From an uncultured Actinomycetes bacterium (GTDB lineage Bacteria > Actinomycetota > Thermoleophilia > UBA2241), in contig CAVPVX010000004.1 in the NCBI GenBank assembly GCA_963709345.1, forward strand, positions 160,001 through 224,000: DNA of 64,000 bases. The letters are read 5' to 3'. The position numbers and the translations under genes were made by a program. Below are positions 19,598 to 29,680 of this stretch, in pieces. The notes below the pieces were generated by a model. The model was not told the origin of the DNA and ran no database searches. It saw nothing but the letters and a program-made list of their open reading frames with translations. Position 1 is the stretch's first letter. Every line of letters begins with the position of its first letter.

Positions 19598-20662
19598 TCA
19601 CTGTACGGCGAGCTTGCCTTGCATGCGGCGCGCCAGCAACAGCACGGCGGCGCCGAGCACGGCGGCGATGCCGAGCGCGATGAGCAGTTCCCACCACACG
19701 TCGGCGAGCGTGTCGCCCTGGATGGCGAGCCGGTAGATGGGGTCGATGATCCAGTACGTGGGGAAGACCCTGGCGACCCACTGCGGCCAGTCCGGGAAGA
19801 GGTAGAAGATGACGGGGCCGACGATGAGGAACCCCGTCCCCTTGGTGAGCGCGAACAGCATCTGCACGTTGCGCGCTCCTGTCGCGAAGACGAGGCCGAT
19901 GGCGGTCGCCACCAGCGCCGCCACGGCGACGCTGAGCAGCAGGCCGACGGGGGAGGCGCCCAGGGCGCCGTTCAGGGCCAGCGTCACGAGCGCCATCGCA
20001 GCCGCGATGACGAAGCCCATGGTCGCCTTGGCGAGCAGCACCTCCGAGAGGCGCACGGGCGTGACGAGGAGCGCGTCGAGCGTGCGCTTCTCGCGCTCGT
20101 CGACCACCGCGAACGCCGTCAGAAAGACGCCGGCCATGATGAGCGCGTACATGACGATCAGCGGCACGAGACGCGCCGAGAGCGGCAGCGTCTCGGCGCC
20201 GAGGTCGTCGATCACCACGTTCGCAGGCTCCGGCTTGCCCTCCACGTCGCGCACCAGGTCGAGGGTCGTGACCGCGAGGATCACCCGGTTCGACGCCAGG
20301 CTCTCGCCGCCGATGTAGAACGGCAGCGCGGGTCGCTGCCCGGCGCGGAGCGCCGCGTCGAACCCGGGCTCCAGAACGAGGCCCGCATCCAGGGTGTTGG
20401 CCTCCACCTTCTGCCGAAGGATCGCCTCGCTGCCCACAACATCGACGGCGATCCCTGGGAGCTGCTGCGCGTCGGCGGTGAGCTGCGAGTCGCCCCGGTC
20501 GACGATGCCGAGTCTCGGCGCCGGCTCCACTAGTCCGGAGAAGGCGACCTGCACCGCGAAGGTCATCACGAACGGCAGGATGACGGCGAAGAGGAAGATC
20601 GGCGAGCGCGGACCAAGGCGTAGGTCCTTTCGCAGCACGTGGAGGATGCGGGAGGCGCTCAC
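19598..20662 (-). CDS. ABC-2 type transporter permease
   Basis: DEREKRTLDALLVTP, multiple transmembrane segments; GTG start overlaps the upstream stop. Confidence 0.88.
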   Translation of the reverse strand: MSASRILHVLRKDLRLGPRSPIFLFAVILPFVMTFAVQVAFSGLVEPAPRLGIVDRGDSQLTADAQQLPGIAVDVVGSEAILRQKVEANTLDAGLVLEPGFDAALRAGQRPALPFYIGGESLASNRVILAVTTLDLVRDVEGKPEPANVVIDDLGAETLPLSARLVPLIVMYALIMAGVFLTAFAVVDEREKRTLDALLVTPVRLSEVLLAKATMGFVIAAAMALVTLALNGALGASPVGLLLSVAVAALVATAIGLVFATGARNVQMLFALTKGTGFLIVGPVIFYLFPDWPQWVARVFPTYWIIDPIYRLAIQGDTLADVWWELLIALGIAAVLGAAVLLLARRMQGKLAVQ

Positions 20663-21807
20663 AGCGTGCCCACCTTTCGTCGCAGGACGGCGAGGCCGCT
20701 TCCCAGGATGACGGCGCACCAGACGGCGGCCAGCGCGAGGGGGCCCCAGAGCTCCGCCCACGACTTGCCGTACGACGTGACCCCGACCATGACCTCGATC
20801 ACGCCCCAGGTGGGAAGCACCTTTATCCACGTCGCCGTCGCGCCGGGGAGCAGCGCCGTCACCGCCGGGATGGCGAGCGGGATCAGCAGCGCGATCCCCA
20901 GGAAGAGAGTGCCGATGAAGTCCTTGCCCGCGGACCCCGAGAGCAGCGCCGTCCCGGTGGCGATGACGGCGCCGAGCAGCGTGCCGGCGAGCAGCAGGCT
21001 CCACCCGGCTCCGAAGGAGCGGGTGAGCGCCAGCAGGATCACCGCCTGGGAGAAGGCGAGCGCGGTGCCGAGGAGCACCTTGGCCGTGAGGATGTCGGAG
21101 ACCCTCGCTGGGGTCGCCATCAGGGCGATGACGGTGCGCCGCTGGATCTCGACGGCGATCAGCGTGGCGAGCACCATGGACTCCATCATGAGGACGAAGA
21201 AGGCGAGCAGTGGCCGCATGCGCTCTTGCGGCGTGACCTGGCGGCCGGCGAGGTCCGGCCCGAGCACGGTCGTCCGCTGGCGGACCGGGACGGCACTCGC
21301 CGGGTCCTCGCCCGCCGCCGCAGCAGCGGTCAGTGCCGCGATCTCGCGCACGGCGCTCTTCATCGCTCCGCGCACCTCGGCCGGCACGTCGCCGCCGACG
21401 TAGACCGTCACGTCGGACGTCTCGTCGCGCGCTGCGCGCGCTGTGAAGTCAGCGGGGAATGCGAGGCCGGCGACGACGTCGTCGTCAGACGCTCCGCCGT
21501 CAGCGCCCCCCTCCCCCGCGACCGCGGCGCGCAGAGCTTCAGGCGAGGTGAAGGAAACGACCTCGAGCCCCTGGCCGCCCTCCGCCCCGGAGGCGCCGAG
21601 GCCGTTCAGCGAGTCGGCCAGGTCCGCGGGGTACACTCCTACGCGGATCGTCTCGTCGACGGACGACGGCAGCAGCCAGAAGAGAGCGATGAACATCACG
21701 AGGCCGACCGTCGTCAGCACGAGCCAGAGCCGGTCGCGACTGAACTCGCGTGCGTCCTTGCGGACGATCGCCCACACGATCGCGGGTCGGGAGACGGGCC
21801 GGGTCAC
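20659..21807 (-). CDS. ABC-2 type transporter permease
   Basis: AIVRKDARE, EIQRRTVIALMATP, multiple transmembrane segments. Confidence 0.88.
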   Translation of the reverse strand: MTRPVSRPAIVWAIVRKDAREFSRDRLWLVLTTVGLVMFIALFWLLPSSVDETIRVGVYPADLADSLNGLGASGAEGGQGLEVVSFTSPEALRAAVAGEGGADGGASDDDVVAGLAFPADFTARAARDETSDVTVYVGGDVPAEVRGAMKSAVREIAALTAAAAAGEDPASAVPVRQRTTVLGPDLAGRQVTPQERMRPLLAFFVLMMESMVLATLIAVEIQRRTVIALMATPARVSDILTAKVLLGTALAFSQAVILLALTRSFGAGWSLLLAGTLLGAVIATGTALLSGSAGKDFIGTLFLGIALLIPLAIPAVTALLPGATATWIKVLPTWGVIEVMVGVTSYGKSWAELWGPLALAAVWCAVILGSGLAVLRRKVGTL

Positions 21808-22667
21808 CCTTCGAGCCCCCGGCCGGTCATCTGGATGAAGATGTTCTCGAGCGTGGCCTCCTCAGTGTGAATGGTCAGCAGGCCTTCCGCCCCGACCGCC
21901 TCCTTGAGTCGCTCGCCGGCGTCGCTTGCGTCGAGCGGCACCGAGTGCTCGACGATTTCGCCGTCCTCGCGCACCCGGACCTTCACGGCTCGCTTGCCGT
22001 AACGCAGCTTGAGGTCCTCGGGCGCGTCGATCGCGTAGATGCGGCCCTCGTTGATGAATGCGACCCTGTCGCTGAGTTCGTCGGCCTCCCACATGTCGTG
22101 CGTGGTGAGCAACACTGCAGCACCTTGCTCGGCCTCCCGGGCGATCAGCGTGCGGATCGTCTTCGCGGACACGGGGTCGAGGCCGTCGGTGGGCTCGTCG
22201 AGAAAGAGGACCCTGGGCTTGTTCACCAGCGCGCGCGCCACCATGAGGCGCTGGCGCATGCCCTTGGAGAAGCCGGACACGCGCGTCCCGGCCCTGTCGG
22301 CCAGGCCGACGCGCTCGAGCAGGCTGGTGGTGTCCACGCGCCTCAGGCCGAAGAGCGCGGCGAAGAAGCGCAGGTTCTCCTCGGCCGTCATGTTCTCGTA
22401 GAGGTTCTTCTCCTCGAAGCAGACACCGATCCGCGCCTGGGTCGCCGGGTCGTCTCGCTTGACGTCCCGGCCGAGGATTCGCGCCACTCCCGACCGCGGC
22501 TGCAACTGGCCGGTGAGGATCTTGATCGTCGTGGACTTGCCGGCGCCGTTGGGACCGAGAAAGCCGAGCACTTCGCCGGGTGCGACCGCGAAGCTGATAC
22601 CGCGGATCGCCTCGCGCTCGCCGTAGGCGAAGGTGACGTCGTCGACTTCGATCGCCGGCTCGCTCAT
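21804..22667 (-). CDS. ABC transporter ATP-binding protein
   Basis: GPNGAGKST, FSKGMRQR, LDEPT, TTH. Confidence 0.93.
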   Translation of the reverse strand: MSEPAIEVDDVTFAYGEREAIRGISFAVAPGEVLGFLGPNGAGKSTTIKILTGQLQPRSGVARILGRDVKRDDPATQARIGVCFEEKNLYENMTAEENLRFFAALFGLRRVDTTSLLERVGLADRAGTRVSGFSKGMRQRLMVARALVNKPRVLFLDEPTDGLDPVSAKTIRTLIAREAEQGAAVLLTTHDMWEADELSDRVAFINEGRIYAIDAPEDLKLRYGKRAVKVRVREDGEIVEHSVPLDASDAGERLKEAVGAEGLLTIHTEEATLENIFIQMTGRGLEG

Positions 22668-22801
22668 GGACGTCCTCCCTCTCTCGCGGTGGCTCGGGCG
22701 CCGTCGGTCGTCATCCAGGGGCGCTCTCTGCAGCGTCCCTTCCATGGTAATACCCATCGCGCCGCCCGGCGATTTAGGAGACCATCGCCCAACGCTTGTT
22801 A

Positions 22802-22830
22802 TTGACGTTGCCTTCCTATATAGGTAGCCG
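22802..22830 (+). promoter_or_regulatory. Promoter and putative Fur/PerR-family operator
   Basis: TTGACG at 22802 and an imperfect palindrome GCCTTCCTAT/ATAGGTAGCC just upstream of the RBS. Confidence 0.5.
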
Positions 22831-22849
22831 TTGCAGAAAGGAGGTGGCG

Positions 22850-23311
22850 ATGGTTGTCTTGACCGATGAGGTGGAACGCCGGGTCGACGCGCTCTCGCGT
22901 GCGTTGCGGGAGTCCGGGCTTCGCCTCACGCATCAGCGGCTCGAGGTCGTTCGCGAGCTGGCCGAGAGCGACGAGCACCCGGACGTCGAAAGCGTCTACC
23001 GTGCGGTGCGCGTGCGCGTGCCCACGATCTCGCTGGACACCGTCTATCGCACGCTGGCGACGCTCGACGGCCTCGGGCTCATCAAGCGCGTCACGGCGAC
23101 GCCGGGTCCGACTCGCTACGACGCCAACACGGCACACCATCACCACTTCGTCTGCACCCGCTGCGACCTGATCCGCGACGTCGACGACGAGGAGCTGGAT
23201 GCGGTGAGACCGCCGCGCAGCACCGCGTCTCTCGGCAGCGTCGAGTCGATCGAGGTCCACATGCGGGGAGTCTGTGTCGATTGCCACAACAAGGAGCGTG
23301 ACCATGGCTGA
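22850..23311 (+). CDS. perR: Fur-family transcriptional regulator (PerR-like)
   Basis: [27 protein letters not shown]; lies upstream of catalase. Confidence 0.85.
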   Translation: MVVLTDEVERRVDALSRALRESGLRLTHQRLEVVRELAESDEHPDVESVYRAVRVRVPTISLDTVYRTLATLDGLGLIKRVTATPGPTRYDANTAHHHHFVCTRCDLIRDVDDEELDAVRPPRSTASLGSVESIEVHMRGVCVDCHNKERDHG

Positions 23312-24770
23312 AGAGAAGCACGACAAGCTCACCACCAGCTTCGGGGCGCCGGTCCCGAACAACCAGGATTCGCTGACGGCCGGCAAGCGTGGGCCGATGC
23401 TGCTGCAGGACGTCTGGTACCTGGAGAAGCTCGCCAACTTCGACCGCGAGGTGATCCCTGAGCGCCGGATGCACGCCAAAGGATCCGGCGCGTTCGGCAC
23501 CTTCACCGTCACCCACGACATCACGCCGCACACGCGCGCCGCGGTCTTCAGTGAGGTCGGCAAGAAGACCGACCTCTTCGTGCGCTTCTCCACCGTGGCC
23601 GGCGAGCGTGGCGCCGCCGACGCCGAGCGCGACATCCGCGGCTTCGCCGTCAAGATGTACACCGACGAGGGCAACTGGGACCTCGTGGGCAACAACACGC
23701 CCGTGTTCTTCTTCCGCGACCCGCTCAAGTTCCCAGACCTGAACCACGCCGTGAAGCGCGACCCGCGCACCAACCTGCGCAGCGCGCAGAACAACTGGGA
23801 CTTCTGGACGCTGCTGCCCGAGGCGCTCCACCAGATCACGATAACGATGAGCGAGCGCGGCATCCCGCTGAGCTACCGCCACATGCACGGCTTCGGCAGC
23901 CATACGTACAGCTTCGTGAGCGCCGCCGGTGAGCGCACCTGGGTCAAGTTCCACTGGGTCTGCCAGCAGGGCATCAAGAATCTCACCGACGAGGAGGCCG
24001 CAGAGCTCGTCGGCCAGGACCGTGAGAGTCACCAGCGCGACCTGTACGAGGCCATCGAGAAAGGCGACTTCCCCAGGTGGAAGCTCTTCGTCCAGCTCAT
24101 GCCCGAGGCCGACGCGGCGGCGTACAAGTTCCACCCCTTCGACCTCACCAAGGTGTGGCTGAAGGGCGACTACCCTCTACATGAGGTCGGCGTGATGGAG
24201 TTGAACATGAACCCGGAGAACTACTTCGCCGACGTCGAGCAGGCGGCGTTCAACCCCGCCAACGTCGTGCCGGGCATCGGCTTCTCGCCGGACCGGATGC
24301 TGCAGGGGCGCCTGTTCAGCTACGGCGACGCGCAGCGGTACCGCCTGGGCGTGAACCACCACCAGATCCCGGTGAACGCGCCGCGTTGCCCGATGCACGG
24401 CTACAGCCGCGACGGCGCGATGCGCGTGGACGGCAACTACGGATCCACGCCGCACTACGAGCCCAACAGCAACGGCACGTGGCAGGAGCAGCCGCAGTTC
24501 GCGGAGCCGCCGCTGGCGCTTGAAGGCCCGGCCGACCGCCACGACTACCGCGCCGCCGACGACGACTACTACACGCAGCCGGGCCTGCTCTTCGGCCTCA
24601 TGAACGACGCGCAGCGGGAGGCGCTCTTCGCCAACACGGGGCGCGCGATGGGCGACTCCTCGGAGGATGTCAAGGTGCGCCACATCGCCAACTGCCTCAA
24701 GGCCGACCCGGCCTATGGCGAGGGCGTCGCCGCCGCGCTGGGTATCCCGATGAGCAAGGTGGGCGTCTGA
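23304..24770 (+). CDS. katA: Monofunctional heme catalase
   Basis: [32 protein letters not shown]. Confidence 0.96.
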   Translation: MAEEKHDKLTTSFGAPVPNNQDSLTAGKRGPMLLQDVWYLEKLANFDREVIPERRMHAKGSGAFGTFTVTHDITPHTRAAVFSEVGKKTDLFVRFSTVAGERGAADAERDIRGFAVKMYTDEGNWDLVGNNTPVFFFRDPLKFPDLNHAVKRDPRTNLRSAQNNWDFWTLLPEALHQITITMSERGIPLSYRHMHGFGSHTYSFVSAAGERTWVKFHWVCQQGIKNLTDEEAAELVGQDRESHQRDLYEAIEKGDFPRWKLFVQLMPEADAAAYKFHPFDLTKVWLKGDYPLHEVGVMELNMNPENYFADVEQAAFNPANVVPGIGFSPDRMLQGRLFSYGDAQRYRLGVNHHQIPVNAPRCPMHGYSRDGAMRVDGNYGSTPHYEPNSNGTWQEQPQFAEPPLALEGPADRHDYRAADDDYYTQPGLLFGLMNDAQREALFANTGRAMGDSSEDVKVRHIANCLKADPAYGEGVAAALGIPMSKVGV

Positions 24771-24819
24771 CGCACTGACCGGAGACGCGACGGGACCACG
24801 ACACCAAAGGAGGCGGCAG

Positions 24820-25536
24820 ATGGCAGACGACGATATCGGGTGCGCCCGTCCCACGGGCTCTCTCGTCGGCGAGAAGCCGGCGCGGCGGGACGAGGCACAG
24901 GTCGACGAGCTGACGAAGGAGGCAGGTGTGAGCATCATGCCCGGCCAGAAGGCGCCGGACTTCGAGGCGCCCGCCTACCACAAGGGCGGGTTCACCAAGG
25001 TCAAGCTGTCCGACCACCTGGGCAAGTGGGTGGTCCTCTGCTTCTACCCGGGTGACTTCACCTTCGTGTGACCGACCGAGATCTCGGCGGTCGCCGAGAA
25101 GTACGACGAGTTCCAGGCCCTGGGCGTGGAGGTCTTCTCCGCCAGCGTGGACTCGCAGTTCGTGCACAAGATGTGGGACGAGAACGAGCTCTCCAAGATG
25201 ACGGAGGGCGGCATCCCCTTCCCCATGATCGCCGACGCGGCGGGCAACCTGGGCAAGGCATACGGCGTGTACGACGAGCAGGCCGGCGTCAACATCCGCG
25301 GCCGCTTCATCATCGACCCGGACGGCGTGATCCAGGCGATGGAAGTGCTCACGCCGCCGGTGGGCCGCAAAGTCGCGGAGACGCTGCGGCAGATCAAGGC
25401 GTACCAGCACGTGCGCGCCACCGGGGGCAAAGAGGTCACGCCTTCCGGCTGGGAGCCGGGCAAGAAGGTCCTCAAGCCCGGCCCCGACCTGGTCGGGCGC
25501 GTCTGGGAGGTCTGGCAGCCCAAAGAAGACGAGTAG
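24820..25536 (+). CDS. prxU: Selenocysteine-containing peroxiredoxin (AhpC-like)
   Basis: [12 protein letters not shown](25069-25071)-PTE replaces the canonical FTFVCPTE; the frame continues to 25536. Confidence 0.92.
25082..25099 (+). promoter_or_regulatory. Putative bacterial SECIS hairpin
   Basis: TCTCGGC-GGTC-GCCGAGA, with the apical loop 17 nt after the UGA and beginning with G. Confidence 0.8.
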
Positions 25537-25571
25537 CCCGGCTCGCCGACCATCGCCGTATGAACGAGAAA

Positions 25572-25604
25572 GGGGGCCGGCCCGTCAGGGCCGGCCCCTT
25601 CTTC
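25572..25604 (+). terminator. Intrinsic (possibly bidirectional) terminator
   Basis: GGGGCCGGCCC/GGGCCGGCCCC stem followed by TTCTTC, between convergent genes. Confidence 0.7.
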
Positions 25605-25658
25605 GAGGGCTCGGGGTGCTCACCTCGCGATGTGCATCGCCGCCGCGGCTGATGCCTG

Positions 25659-28600
25659 CTACGGCGTCGGCACGAACCCGCTGTTGTCGCCGTTGGTCAT
25701 GCCGTGCAGCAGGTCGTAGACGAGCGCGCCGCTCGTGCTCGGATCATCATCCGGCGTGAAGTCCTCGTCGTAGTGCTCCCAGTCTCTGACGACCAGCGCC
25801 TTGTAGTCGCCCATGGCGGTCTGGTGACCGGGGAACGTGTCGTTGCCGCCGAGGCTGAACCAGCCGCCGGCGTCGGCCCCGGGATTCGCCTCAGGTGCGC
25901 CGGTGTAGTCGTTCGAGTCCTGGAGATGCCCATTGACGAACAACTTCATTCCCAGCGATCCGTAGACGGCGGCGATGTGGTACCAGTGGCCCAGTTCCAC
26001 CGGCGTGGTGCCGACGAGCCGGTGCCAGGCGCCCCACAACCCGCCCTTGTTCTCGTTGATCTGGAAGACGACCACGGTGCCGCCGGGATTCCCAACGGCA
26101 CTCCCGTAGTGGATGCTCATGGCCGGCCAGCGATGCGGGCCCTCGCCGTTCCAGTCGGGGTAGTCGTAGCTGATCTCGGCGATGGTGTTGCCGTATTCCA
26201 TGGAGCCCCAGGCCGTCGGCCGGAACCAGAACTCGTAGGCGCCGTGCCGCGCTGGCGGGGCACACCCTCGGCCCAGCGGATCCACGCTTCGTTGTCCGGT
26301 GCGCGCATGCTGAGCCCGCCCACCTCCTTCAGCCGGATCTCACCGACGTCGGTGATGTGCCCCCGGGTGACCGCAACGGTCCGCCCTTGCTCCACATAGC
26401 CACCTTTGCTCACGATGAGCCCGTGCGTGCCGACCTTCAGACCTTCGCCCTCGAGGGCGTCCAGGAAGAATGAGCCGTCCGCACCCGTGACGACGACGTC
26501 TTCCACGAAGCCACCTGTTTCGTCGCCCTCGCAGGCCAAGACGCGGGCGCCCTCGATCGGGTCGCCGGTCAGGCTGTCGACGACCCTCCCGAACACTCCT
26601 TGGGCCAGGAACTGGACGAGGAAGAGGTCGACGTTCTCGCGCAGCTGGCCGCCGGCGAGGCTCACCGTGACGCTCTCTGTGTGGTAGTAGTTGATGGAAG
26701 CTTCGATGCGGTAGTTGCCGGGTTCGAGGCCGAGGAATGAGTACGAGCCGTAGCTGCCGGTCCAGTCCGTCATGTAGTGGCCGTCGGCATTGTAGAGCTC
26801 CACGGTGGCCGAGAAGACCGGGTAGTGGCCGGCGTCGGTGAAGACGTGCCCCGTGATCCCCTGGAGCTGGTACCTGGTGAGCGAGACGTTCTGGCCGGTC
26901 GTCACCGACCCCTCGACCACGACGACCGTGCGCTCGTTGTCGGCGTAGCCGTTCTTGCCGGCGGTCACCGTGTACGTGCCGGGCGAAAGCCCGGAGAACA
27001 CGTAGGTGCCGTCGGCGGCGGAGCTGGTACGGTGAGACGCGGAGCCCTCCCTGTCTATCTCGACCCATGCCGACTTGACCGGCGCCCCGCTCGTCGCGTC
27101 GGTGATCTTGCCGCTCACGCTTGGCGTCTCGTACTCACTGGACTCACCGCCAGAGGTGCTCGAACCCGCCTGGTCGATGACCCACGGGCCGAACAACTCG
27201 AAGGGGTATGTCTTATTGAAGACCCCGTGGTCGAACACCTCCACCTCGAGGCCGATCTCCCCGTCGATGCCGGCGCTCAGCGTCCACCAGGGGTCGGCTT
27301 CGGTGTCCGCCGCCAGCTCCACGTACGGCTTGAGCTCGACCGTCGGGCCGGCGACCCCGTAGACCTCGAAGTCGAGGCCGGCGCTGGCGAAGCCTGCGAC
27401 CGTCAGCTGGCTGGAGAGCCGCGGAGGACTCGGCGTCGCTTCGTAGGTCGAGCCGCAGTCAAGGTCCCAGCCGTCGTCCCAGGAGATGGTCGCCCACGTC
27501 TCGGTGGTCAGGGTCATCCCGGCGGTGACGCCGGCGACGATGTTCCCCTCCACACCCACCTTGACCTCGAACTCAGGGAGGATGACCACCGGCACCACCC
27601 CGACCATGATCGTGATCGGCGTCAGGGTGCGCTTGTAGAGCGTGATGTCCTTCGTCCCGGTGATGTCCTTCTTCATGCTCACCGTGACGTCGGTCGTGGT
27701 GTTGAGCACCTGGGTGTAGTAGGCAGACTCCAGCCCGCCCCAGCCGAATTCCCAGTCGCAGTGGGCGTCGGGGTCGAGCGTGATCGAACCCTCGGCTTCG
27801 GCCCAGTCTGAGATGGGCGAGGTGAGAGTGAACGTGATGCCGTCGGTGTCGTCAGTCGCCGAGGGCTCCCAGAAGGGTGACGGGCGTGGTCTCGTCGCGG
27901 ACGATGCGCACGCCCGGCGCCCGAATGCCGTCGTCGGGCAGGTCGTCGGCGGTGAGGTGCATGTGGAAGCCGATCTCGCCCTGGTCGATCACGTCGCACA
28001 GCTCGGCCTGGGCGGTCTCCACCACGACCTCGCCGCCCTGCTGGCCGACCGAGACGACCTTGCGGCAGAGGCCTTCGGGGAACTCGGGACTCGCGGCGGC
28101 AAGGAGCACGTCGCCATGCTGCAGGCGGGCGAGCTGGCCCGTCTTGCCGGCGAAGGCGAGGGTGCCGTCGGCCTCGACCTCGCGCAGGTAGCGCATCGAG
28201 GCGTCGTTGAGCGGCTCGGCCTTGTCCGAGACGATGACGCCGGCGGACGGCGCCACTCCGAGGCTCACCTTCGCGAACGGCCACGGGCCCGTGAGCCAGA
28301 CCGAGGGGGCGAAGGCCGAGCCGCTCGAGGCCCACGTCGTCACTCGCGTCTGCGTCCCGGCGGCCGCGGCGGTGAGCGCGTCGGCGCGCCCGTCGCCGGT
28401 CACGTCGCCGACGCAGAAGCGGCTGGCCGTCGGCACCAACGTGGCGCCGGGCTCATACCAGACGCGCGGCCCGGTGAGGGCCTTGCCGGACGAGAGGAAG
28501 ACGTCGAGCCGGCCCTTGCCGTTCGGTTGCTTGAAGAGGCAGACGACGTCGCCGTCACCGTCGCTGTCGACGTCGCCCGCGGCCAGTCGGGCGCGCCCCG

Positions 28601-29343
28601 CGGCGTAGGAGCCGCTCCAGAAGGTCTTCTTCGCGAGCTTGGCTCCCGTGCCCGAGAAGACGAGCAGTTGCGCCTTCGCGGCGCTCCTGGCGTAGAGCAC
28701 GAGGCCGTCGCCGCGGCCATCGCCGGTCACGTCGCCGGCGGCGAGCTGGGCCTTGGACCAGACGAGCCCGGAGCGCGCCGAGAAGGCGAGCGACTGCTTG
28801 AACTTGCTTCCGGTGGAGAGAAAGCGATAGAGGGCGACGCCGGAGCGGCCACGGTTGTAGAGGGCAAGGAGGTCGTCACGACCGTCGCGGTCGAGGTCGC
28901 TGACGGCGAGCTTGACCTTCGCCCTGTGCGAAGGCTCCTCGCTTCGACGTCCAGGCGGTGACCTGCTTCGCGGCGTAGCCGTCGCTCCGGTAGACGAGGA
29001 GGCGCGAGCGACCGCGGCCGAGGTCGTAGAGGGCGATGCCGTCGGCGATGCCGTCGCCGTTCACGTCGCCGGCGACGAAGCTGGCCTTGCGGGTGTCGAA
29101 GGCGCCCTTCTTGCTGCGCCACAGCTCGCGCTCGGTGAAGGCGCCATCCTCGGCGAGGAGCTGTACGAGGGCGGCCTGCTTGCCGCCGAGGTCGCGCAGC
29201 ACGAGGGTGTCGTAGCGGCCGGCGGCGTTGGCCGTGGTCTCGGCCGCAGCGAGAGGAGGCGCGAGGAAGATCGGGATGAGGAATGCGATCATCAGGGTCG
29301 CGGCCAGCGCTCCGAGACGAACGGGTCGGTGGGCAAGGTCCAT
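25659..29343 (-). CDS. Large secreted protein: FG-GAP/VCBS repeats, carboxypeptidase-regulatory-like repeats and a LamG-like C-terminus (about 3 frameshifts)
   Basis: Signal peptide, repeated GDVNGDG/GDVTGDG motifs, three 'G.V.D...G.P...A.V...DG.Y.F..L.PG.Y' units and 'GHWYHIAAVY...MKLFVNG'. Frames switch near 28925, 27850 and 26250. Confidence 0.75.
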
Positions 29344-29680
29344 GGCTTCCCCTTTGGCTCGTGGAGCGCCCCCCAAGGCGACTCCTCGAGGCACGCCCAT
29401 CACCCGCGGGCGTCGACCTCATGCATCTCACAATGTACTCGTCGGCTCGGCGCTTGCCTACCCCCCGAGTGCTGCGTGAGTCGGGCGGCACTCTGCGCTG
29501 GCTTCCTGCTTGCCTCCTCTGCACGCGTGCGTGCCCGGCCGCATACGCCGCGCAGGGGCCATGCGCTCGTCCGCGCATGCTCGCGGCGCCATAGAAGGCG
29601 CAGGGGGTCGTCGGCGCCGCCGGCATCACCTTCCCTCACGCCCGACCGGCCTCGGACCAGACGTCACGGAAAGGGTGGAC

